A stretch of DNA of 32,000 bases. Source: Xanthomonas campestris pv. campestris str. ATCC 33913. GTDB lineage: Bacteria; Pseudomonadota; Gammaproteobacteria; Xanthomonadales; Xanthomonadaceae. The notes beneath the pieces are model-generated. The model made no database searches. It was not told the DNA's origin and saw only the letters and a program-made list of their open reading frames with translations. Positions 15,830-22,468 of the stretch are shown piece after piece. The translations under genes and the position numbers were made by a program. Where the stretch lies: NCBI RefSeq assembly GCF_000007145.1, contig NC_003902.1, positions 520,325 through 552,324 of the forward strand, written 5' to 3'. Position 1 is the first letter of the stretch; each line of letters begins with the position of its first letter.

Positions 15830-15928
15830 TCCGCCAGGCTTGAGCTCTTTTTCGGTAAGAGCGGCTTGATCCAACTCGATCCCACCCTTCTGCTGTCGTG
15901 GAGGGCGGGTCAACATCCGGACGCACCC

Positions 15929-17233
15929 ATGCACAACGACCAGCGTTACATGACCGGCTTCGGCAATGAATTCGCCAGCGAGGCAGTAGCCGATACCTTG
16001 CCGGTTGGCCAGAACTCGCCGCAGCGTGTGGCGCACGGGCTGTATGCCGAGCAGTTGTCGGGTACTGCATTCACCGCGCCGCGCGGCGAAAATCGGCGCA
16101 GTTGGCTGTACCGCATGCGTCCTGCTGCGGTGCACGGGACGTTCTCGCTGATCGAGCAGTCGCAGTTCCACAACGATTTCGGCCACGGACCGGTGCCGCC
16201 GGACCAGTTGCGCTGGAGCCCGCTGCCGTTGCCGCAGACACCCACCGATTTCATCGATGGCCTGTACACCATGGCCGGGAATGGTAGCCCCGAAGCAATG
16301 AATGGCGTGGCCGTGCATCTGTATGCGGCCAATGCCTCCATGCAGGATCGCTTCTTCTATAACGCCGACGGCGAGCTGCTGCTGGTGCCGCAACTCGGGC
16401 GCCTGCGCGTGCACACCGAGCTCGGCATGCTCGAGCTGGAGCCGCAGCAGATCGGGGTGATTCCGCGCGGCGTGCGCTTCCGGGTCGAGCTACGCGACGG
16501 CACCGCACGTGGCTATGTCTGCGAGAACTTCGGTGGTTTGCTGCACCTGCCCGACCTGGGGCCGATTGGCAGTAATGGCCTGGCGAATCCGCGCGACTTC
16601 GAAACCCCGTGTGCGGCCTTCGAGCAACGCGAAGGCCGCTTTGAACTGGTGGCCAAATTCCAGGGCCACCTGTGGCGTGCGGACATCGGCCATTCGCCAC
16701 TGGACGTGGTGGCCTGGCACGGCAACTACGCGCCGTACCGCTACGACCTGCGCCGCTTCAACACCATCGGCTCGATTAGCTTCGATCATCCAGACCCGAG
16801 TATTTTTACGGTGCTGACCTCGCCCAGCGACACGCACGGCACGGCCAACATGGATTTCGCGATCTTCCCGCCGCGCTGGCTGGTGGCGCAGCACACCTTC
16901 CGCCCACCGTGGTTCCACCGCAATGTGGCCAGCGAGTTCATGGGGCTGGTGCACGGCGTGTACGACGCCAAGGCCGACGGCTTCGCGCCGGGCGGTGCGT
17001 CGCTGCACAACTGCATGAGCGGCCACGGCCCGGACGCGGCCACCTTCGACAAGGCCTCGCAAGCGGACCTGTCGCGGCCGGACGTCATCACCGAGACGAT
17101 GGCCTTCATGTTCGAAACCCGCGCCGTGCTGCGCCCCACCGCGCAAGCGCTGCACGCACCGCATCGGCAGGGCGATTATCAGCAGTGCTGGGCGGGGTTG
17201 CGCAAAGCATTTCAGGCGCCGCCGGCTAGCTGA
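15929..17233 (+). CDS. hmgA: Homogentisate 1,2-dioxygenase
   Basis: [52 protein letters not shown].. is a canonical HmgA N-terminus, and the protein is conserved throughout. The ATG at 15929 is preferred over the track TTG at 15866. Confidence 0.92.
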   Translation: MHNDQRYMTGFGNEFASEAVADTLPVGQNSPQRVAHGLYAEQLSGTAFTAPRGENRRSWLYRMRPAAVHGTFSLIEQSQFHNDFGHGPVPPDQLRWSPLPLPQTPTDFIDGLYTMAGNGSPEAMNGVAVHLYAANASMQDRFFYNADGELLLVPQLGRLRVHTELGMLELEPQQIGVIPRGVRFRVELRDGTARGYVCENFGGLLHLPDLGPIGSNGLANPRDFETPCAAFEQREGRFELVAKFQGHLWRADIGHSPLDVVAWHGNYAPYRYDLRRFNTIGSISFDHPDPSIFTVLTSPSDTHGTANMDFAIFPPRWLVAQHTFRPPWFHRNVASEFMGLVHGVYDAKADGFAPGGASLHNCMSGHGPDAATFDKASQADLSRPDVITETMAFMFETRAVLRPTAQALHAPHRQGDYQQCWAGLRKAFQAPPAS

Positions 17234-17549
17234 GTGCGGTAGCGACGGCGCAATAGTGTGGTGTTGAGCGGTGCCGCTCATGACGCTGCATGCTGTTGCG
17301 CATCAACCCTAGGCCTCGCAACAGCACGAGCGTTCCGAAGCATCCTCGATGGCCTTTGCGATTTGCTGAGGTATATGGGCGGTTAACCAGCGACCAAATG
17401 CAAAACGCGGGTGACGCCTGGTTGCTACGTTTACGTCGGACCCATCGGGTTCATCGCCAGCTGCATAGCGACAGCATCGGCAGCAATGCAGCTGATAAGG
17501 AGCTTACGTTTCATCAGTTGCATCGCGTGACCAGCTGGCGTTGAGCTAA

Positions 17550-17695
17550 GAGCAGCTATCAAAAACGACTGCACGGCCGCCAGGCGGGCGCGGCCGCTGC
17601 ACGGAATCGGCATGTACCCCTTACACTCCGGTTCCTCCGCGCCGCCGGCCGCATCCACCTGACAACAACTGCTCGCTACGTTTTATTAGCTGCTC
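17550..17695 (-). repeat. 146-bp element with terminal inverted repeats (MITE-like or structured RNA), copy A
   Basis: Ends GAGCAGCTATCAAAAACG / CGTTTTATTAGCTGCTC are inverted repeats. Internal GC hairpin cggccgc-caggcgggc-gcggccg. Paralogous to 27150-27289 in the same orientation. Confidence 0.6.
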
Positions 17696-17787
17696 CAAGC
17701 CAGCATCTTGATGGCATGCCGTAAGTTGATTGCAGCCACCGCATTCGTTTCCAAGCACATGCGTCGTGCTACCCATCGCCGCGTCAA

Positions 17788-18378
17788 CTAAACCGATGCC
17801 TTATCCGCATGGCGCACGATTGATTCCGCAGCCGCTGCAGTCGCTTCACCCAACATGTCAGGCAGCAACTCCGCACTGCGCGTACGCACGCGTTCGGCAT
17901 AACTGGCCGAGGTGAATTGCGGCAAGGCCTGCAGCGCCTCAGCGATGGCGGCATGAATCTCGATGTCGCTGCGTGCGGCCTGCAGGCGACGGTGCAGCAG
18001 GACCGCCACCGGGTTGCGCTGCAACTGCAGGATATCCAGCAGATACAGGCGTGCGTTGGTGGTCGCGCGCCGCCGCTGCCGTTGTTGTTCTTCTTCGCTC
18101 AGCAAGGGTGCTGCCGGCTCGGCGTCGCTGGGTGCTGAAGGTGCTGCGGCGGAGGCGGGAGGCGCCGCGTTGGTCGCCACGTTTGCACCCAGGTGCAGAT
18201 AGCCCAGCGCGCACAAGGTCTGCACCAGCGTGGCGGCCTCGCCGCCCAGCAGCGCCGCCAGGGTGTCCAGATCGCGCTGGCCATCGGCCAGGATCAGTGC
18301 ACGGCGCTGCAGCAAGGTCAGCGGGCTGCGATGGGATTGCAGCGCGGTCAGGGCGAGATCGGTCTTGCGTGGGTACAT
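17788..18378 (-). CDS. Hypothetical protein (196 aa)
   Basis: MYPRKTDLALTALQSHRSPLTLLQRRALILADGQRDLDTL.. has a coding-like, non-repetitive composition. AGGA lies upstream of the ATG at 18378. No family recognised. The long N-terminal extension in the track is rejected. Confidence 0.55.
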   Translation of the reverse strand: MYPRKTDLALTALQSHRSPLTLLQRRALILADGQRDLDTLAALLGGEAATLVQTLCALGYLHLGANVATNAAPPASAAAPSAPSDAEPAAPLLSEEEQQRQRRRATTNARLYLLDILQLQRNPVAVLLHRRLQAARSDIEIHAAIAEALQALPQFTSASYAERVRTRSAELLPDMLGEATAAAAESIVRHADKASV

Positions 18379-18569
18379 GGCGGCGGTCCTGCGAAGCCGC
18401 CAGGGTGACTGTCGCCAATGAAGCGACGATGACATCGGCGCGACCGCATGACAGCAGGCGCCGTGAACACCCCAAGCCGCGCACCTGCCACGCCCCGAAT
18501 ACGCAACGCCTGCACATGGCCGCGATGCGCACTGTGTAGGCTGATGGCGACTTGGTGGGGAGTGCAGGC

Positions 18570-19220
18570 ATGACATCCAGACTGATTGCAGTGATCGCGT
18601 TCGCGGCATTGGCCACCGGCTGCAGCCGCACCGCTGAAACCCCGGCCGCGGATGACGCCGCTGCGTCCAGCCCGCCGGCAGCGCCCGCCGCCGAGGCGGA
18701 CCAACCGCGCGGCGACGTTCCGCCGGCCACCGCGCCGCCGGGCAGCCTGCCGCCACGCCTGCGTCAGGACCCGGCCGCATTGGCGCGCCTGGATGGCTAT
18801 GGCGACCTGCGCCTGGGCATGGACGCCGCGCAGGCGCGTGCGGCTTGGGGCGGTGCCTTACGTGGCGATGCAGCGGCCGACGGCGGTTGCTACCTGTTGC
18901 GCCCGCAGTGGGCCGACGACGCGCGCCGCTTCGGTTTCATGTTCGAGGGCGACCGGCTGGTGCGTTACCAGACCAACGAGCCCAAGGAAGTGGCGCCCGG
19001 TGGCGGGCGGGTGGGCATGACCGTCGCCGAGGTGCGCGCGCTGTATCCCGATGGCCTGGCGGAACAACCGCACAAGTACATCCCCGGTGCGCTGAGCCTG
19101 CGGCATGCCGACGCCCAATCGCAAAGCGCGCTGGTGTTCGACATCGATGCCAACGGCAAGGTGACCAACTGGCGCGTGGGGGTGGCGCCGCAGGTGGATT
19201 ACGTGGAAGGCTGCGGCTGA
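18570..19220 (+). CDS. Lipoprotein of unknown function (216 aa)
   Basis: MTSRLIAVIAFAALATGC lipobox. GGGGAG lies 8 nt upstream of the ATG at 18570. A Pro/Ala-rich tether is followed by a globular C-terminal part. Confidence 0.7.
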   Translation: MTSRLIAVIAFAALATGCSRTAETPAADDAAASSPPAAPAAEADQPRGDVPPATAPPGSLPPRLRQDPAALARLDGYGDLRLGMDAAQARAAWGGALRGDAAADGGCYLLRPQWADDARRFGFMFEGDRLVRYQTNEPKEVAPGGGRVGMTVAEVRALYPDGLAEQPHKYIPGALSLRHADAQSQSALVFDIDANGKVTNWRVGVAPQVDYVEGCG

Positions 19221-19334
19221 TCCGGGCAGCGCAGCGCGCGGTGCTGTGCGTCAGTGTCGGCTGCGTTCAATGACGTAAACCCGCATCGAACGCAGCATCG
19301 CGGGACAACCGGAGTGCGCTGACCAGTCAATCCA

Positions 19335-19757
19335 TCAACCGCTGGAGTTGTGCTCCGACGTCGACCGGTCCGGCGTGGTTTCCATGTTCTCGCCCACATC
19401 GCCTTGCGCCGGCGGCAGCCCTTCTTTTTGCATGTCGCCGTGGTTGGGGACTTCCGGGCGGTCTTCCATCATCAGCGACAGCGCGGCCTTGGCCATCAGG
19501 TGGGCGCTGATTGGCGCGGTGATGAACAGGAACACGGTGATCAGCAATTCGCGCGGTTGCGGGTCCACACCCAGGAACAGGTGATAGCCGACCGAGCCCA
19601 GCAGTACGCAACCCACGCCCAGCGTGCTGGCCTTGGTGGGTGCATGCAGGCGCTTGAAGAAGTCCGACAACTTCACCAGCCCGAACGCGCCGATCAGGAT
19701 GAAGAAGGTGCCCACCAGCAGCAATGCGCTGAGCAGATATTCGGTGAGCGCGATCAT
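19335..19757 (-). CDS. mrpG: Monovalent cation/H+ antiporter subunit G
   Basis: MIALTEYLLSALLLVGTFFILIGAFGLVKLSDFFKRLHAPTKASTLG.. matches the MnhG/PhaG family. 4-nt overlap with subunit F. Confidence 0.88.
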   Translation of the reverse strand: MIALTEYLLSALLLVGTFFILIGAFGLVKLSDFFKRLHAPTKASTLGVGCVLLGSVGYHLFLGVDPQPRELLITVFLFITAPISAHLMAKAALSLMMEDRPEVPNHGDMQKEGLPPAQGDVGENMETTPDRSTSEHNSSG

Positions 19758-20038
19758 TCGACGATATCCCGGCGCAGCACGTACTTGCTGAGCACCACCG
19801 TGCTGCCGAAGCCCAGCATGGCGATCACCAGGGCGGCCTCGAAATAAATCGGCGAATCCAGGTACATGCCCAGCAACATCAGCTCGGCAATGGCGGTGAT
19901 GGAGAGCGTGTCCAGCGCCAGGATGCGGTCCGGCACGGTGGGCCCGCGCAGCAGCCGCCAGAGCGACATCAACATGGCCAGCGCCACCGCATGCATGCAG
20001 ACAACGATGGTCGTTTCGATGAAGGTATGGCCGGTCAT
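19754..20038 (-). CDS. mrpF: Monovalent cation/H+ antiporter subunit F
   Basis: 94 aa: ..LLRGPTVPDRILALDTLSITAIAELMLLG.. matches the MnhF/PhaF family. ATGA overlaps on both sides. Confidence 0.88.
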   Translation of the reverse strand: MTGHTFIETTIVVCMHAVALAMLMSLWRLLRGPTVPDRILALDTLSITAIAELMLLGMYLDSPIYFEAALVIAMLGFGSTVVLSKYVLRRDIVE

Positions 20039-20541
20039 GGAAAGATCTCCATCAGGGGCGTTTCATAGCGTGACTTGATCTCGGCGATCAGCGCATCCGG
20101 GTCATCCAGATGCAGCACATGCACGAGCAGGTATTTGCGGTCGTCCGACAGCGCCGCTGACACCGTGCCCGGCGTCAACGTGATCATGCTGGTGAGCGCG
20201 GCGATGCCGTGGATATTCTCGATGTCCAGCGGCACCCAGATAAAGCCGGGGTGGATACGCGATTCCGGCCCCAGCACCTGCAGCGCCACCTTGATGTTGG
20301 AGCGCACGATATCGACAGCGGCCACCAGCAGCATGCGCGGTACCGAACGCAACGAACCGATGCGCGCGAACTCGCGGTCCAGCCGCGCGGCGAAGATCGG
20401 CACCACCCAGCCGAGCAGCAGGCCGAGCACCCACTGCTGCGGCCCGAAGCTATCGCTGAGCAGCAGCCAGAACAGAAACACCATCACGCTCAACGGGCGC
20501 GAGGGAAACAGCCGGCGTTGCCAGGACACCTGTGCGCTCAT
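20035..20541 (-). CDS. mrpE: Monovalent cation/H+ antiporter subunit E
   Basis: 168 aa; position and pattern match MnhE/PhaE (..FWLLLSDSF..LVAAVDIVRSNIKVALQVL..). Overlapping start and stop codons with its neighbours. Confidence 0.85.
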   Translation of the reverse strand: MSAQVSWQRRLFPSRPLSVMVFLFWLLLSDSFGPQQWVLGLLLGWVVPIFAARLDREFARIGSLRSVPRMLLVAAVDIVRSNIKVALQVLGPESRIHPGFIWVPLDIENIHGIAALTSMITLTPGTVSAALSDDRKYLLVHVLHLDDPDALIAEIKSRYETPLMEIFP

Positions 20542-22097
20542 GGCTGCCTCCGTTGCGGCGTGGTCCCGCGCACCTGTTCCAAATACGCGCCGGGGTCACG
20601 CAGCTGCGCACCGGCCGCATCGGTGTAATGCATCAACGGGCCGGCACCGATCGTCATCGCCACCAAGCCGCTCAACAGGATGATCGTGGCGGCTGTTTCC
20701 ACCGGGCGCATGCGCGCGCGCCGTTGCGGCAGGCGCTCCGGTGCGTCGTCCTCGACCGCCTCTTCCACCGCCTCTGGAACGCGCCAGAACAGGCGCACAC
20801 CTGCACGCGTGAGGCCGATCACCACCAGCAAACTGCTGCCCAGCACCGCACCCCATACCGGGGCCACCAGGTCGGCGGGCACATGCTGCAGTAGCGCGGC
20901 CTTGGCCAGGAACCCGGACAGCGGTGGCAGGCCAGCCACGGCAACAGCCGCAATCATGAACATCGCGCCGGGAATCGCCCGCCCAGGCAGTGGGGCAACC
21001 ACTTCCTTGCGATCGCTGGCGCGACCACGGCGCCGGCGGATCAGGTCCGACACCATGAACAACGCCGCCGCCACAAAGCAGCTATGCGGCAGGTAATACA
21101 GGCCGGCGCCCAGCGCACGTGCATCGTCCAGCGAGAAGGCGATGAACAACGTCGCCGCCGAAAACACCACCAGGTACGACACCATCACCCGCAGCCGCGA
21201 TGCCGCCATCACGCCGAAGGCCGCCATCACCAGCGTGCCGATGCCCAGCCACAACAGCGCGTGCCGGCCGAAGCCGTGCAATGCGCCTGCGCCGGCACCG
21301 AACCACAACGACGACACCCGCAGCACCGCGTACAGGCCCACCTTGGTCATGATGGCGAACAAGGCCGCCACCGAGGCCGGTGCGCGCGAATAGGTTTCCG
21401 GCAGCCACAGGTACAGCGGCAGCAGTGCGGCCTTGCTGCAGAACACCAGCAACAACAATCCCAGGGTGGCCTTCGCCAGCGGCACGTCCGCTGCGGGCAG
21501 GGTGGCGATGCGCTGCGACAGCTCGGCCATGTTGAGCGTGCCGAACAAACCGAACAACAGCCCCAGCGCAATCAGGAACAGCGTCGAGGCGCAGACGTTG
21601 AACACCACGTAGTGCAGGCCGATACGCATCTGCAACCCGCGCCCGCCGCTGAGCAGCAGGCCGTAGGAGGCGATCAGCATCACCTCGAAGAACACGAACA
21701 GATTGAAGATGTCGCCGGTCAGAAATGCCCCGTTCAAGCCCATCAGCTGGAACTGGAACAGCGCATGGAAATGTGGCGCGCGGCGGTCCCAGCCGGCGCA
21801 GGCGTGCAGCAGGCAGGCCGCGCCCAGCACCAGCGTGGTCATCAGCATCCACGCGGCCAGCCGGTCGCCCATCAGCACGATGCCCAGCCGCGCCGGCCAG
21901 TCGCCCAGCAGGTACACCAGTACCTCGCCGTGCGCAGCGCGAGCGAACAGGGCGACCACTGCCACCGCCAGCAGGGCCATGCTGGTCCAGGCCACGGCGC
22001 GTTGCACACGCGGCCCATAGCGGCGGTGTTCGACAAACAACGACGCCGACGCGCCGAGCATCGGGATCAGGATCGGCAGGATCAGCAGATGGTTCAT
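20538..22097 (-). CDS. mrpD: Monovalent cation/H+ antiporter subunit D (NuoN/ND2-like proton-conducting subunit)
   Basis: 519 aa polytopic protein in the NADH-quinone oxidoreductase chain-like family, in operon context. Confidence 0.88.
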   Translation of the reverse strand: MNHLLILPILIPMLGASASLFVEHRRYGPRVQRAVAWTSMALLAVAVVALFARAAHGEVLVYLLGDWPARLGIVLMGDRLAAWMLMTTLVLGAACLLHACAGWDRRAPHFHALFQFQLMGLNGAFLTGDIFNLFVFFEVMLIASYGLLLSGGRGLQMRIGLHYVVFNVCASTLFLIALGLLFGLFGTLNMAELSQRIATLPAADVPLAKATLGLLLLVFCSKAALLPLYLWLPETYSRAPASVAALFAIMTKVGLYAVLRVSSLWFGAGAGALHGFGRHALLWLGIGTLVMAAFGVMAASRLRVMVSYLVVFSAATLFIAFSLDDARALGAGLYYLPHSCFVAAALFMVSDLIRRRRGRASDRKEVVAPLPGRAIPGAMFMIAAVAVAGLPPLSGFLAKAALLQHVPADLVAPVWGAVLGSSLLVVIGLTRAGVRLFWRVPEAVEEAVEDDAPERLPQRRARMRPVETAATIILLSGLVAMTIGAGPLMHYTDAAGAQLRDPGAYLEQVRGTTPQRRQP

Positions 22098-22468
22098 CGG
22101 CGCGCCTCACGCGTGTCTTCGCCGGTATCCGCATCTTCGTGCGCATCCACGTGGTCGCTGCCGTTGTCGCTGCGGCTGCGGATCGCCAGCACCAGGCTTA
22201 CCGCGGTCATCGCGAAGGCAATCACGATCGCGGTGAGCACCAGCGCCTGCGGCAGCGGGTCGGTGTGCTGGCTCAGGTCGGCGGAAATGCCGTCGCGTAG
22301 CACGGGCGGCTGCCCGCTGCGCAGGCGCCCACCGGCGAAGATCAGCAGGTTGGTCGCATACGACAGGAAGGTGAGCCCCAGGATCACATCGAAACTGCGC
22401 GCACGCAGCAGCAGGTAGATCGCCAGAGCGGTGAGCACGCCGATCGCGCTTGCCAGTGCCAGTTCCAT
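22094..22468 (-). CDS. mrpC: Monovalent cation/H+ antiporter subunit C (NuoK-like)
   Basis: 124 aa from the ATG at 22468 (MELALASAIGVLTALAIYLLLRARSFDVILGLTFLSYATNLLIF..). The start overlaps the stop of subunit A/B by 1 nt. The track extension to 22735 is rejected. Confidence 0.85.
   Translation of the reverse strand: MELALASAIGVLTALAIYLLLRARSFDVILGLTFLSYATNLLIFAGGRLRSGQPPVLRDGISADLSQHTDPLPQALVLTAIVIAFAMTAVSLVLAIRSRSDNGSDHVDAHEDADTGEDTREARR

Noticed and set aside
15866-15928. TTG start at 15866 for hmgA
   Set aside because: It would start within 40 bp of the right inverted repeat and add non-conserved residues. The ATG at 15929 gives the canonical HmgA N-terminus.
13957-17281. Minus-strand ORFs 13957-14940, 15548-16414 and 16490-17281 opposite hppD, DUF559 and hmgA
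   Set aside because: They are antisense to confidently identified genes and have no recognisable motifs.
17431-17523. Small minus-strand ORF MQLMKRKLLISCIAADAVAMQLAMNPMGPT next to TIR element A
   Set aside because: It looks like an orphan signal-peptide-like fragment of 27-30 aa. It has no convincing SD and no mature domain. It may be a remnant of a gene disrupted near the element, but this cannot be supported from the sequence alone.
17550-17620. Mini-ORF inside the TIR elements (MPIPCSGRARLAAVQSFLIAALS in copy A; MPISSTGRARLAAAQSF in copy B)
   Set aside because: A 1-nt T-run difference changes the frame and the length between the copies. Conservation therefore follows the DNA/RNA hairpin rather than a reading frame.
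19221-19334. Searched for a bidirectional terminator between the convergent lipoprotein and mrpG genes
   Set aside because: Only weak, short GC inverted repeats without U-tracts were found, which is not enough to call a terminator.
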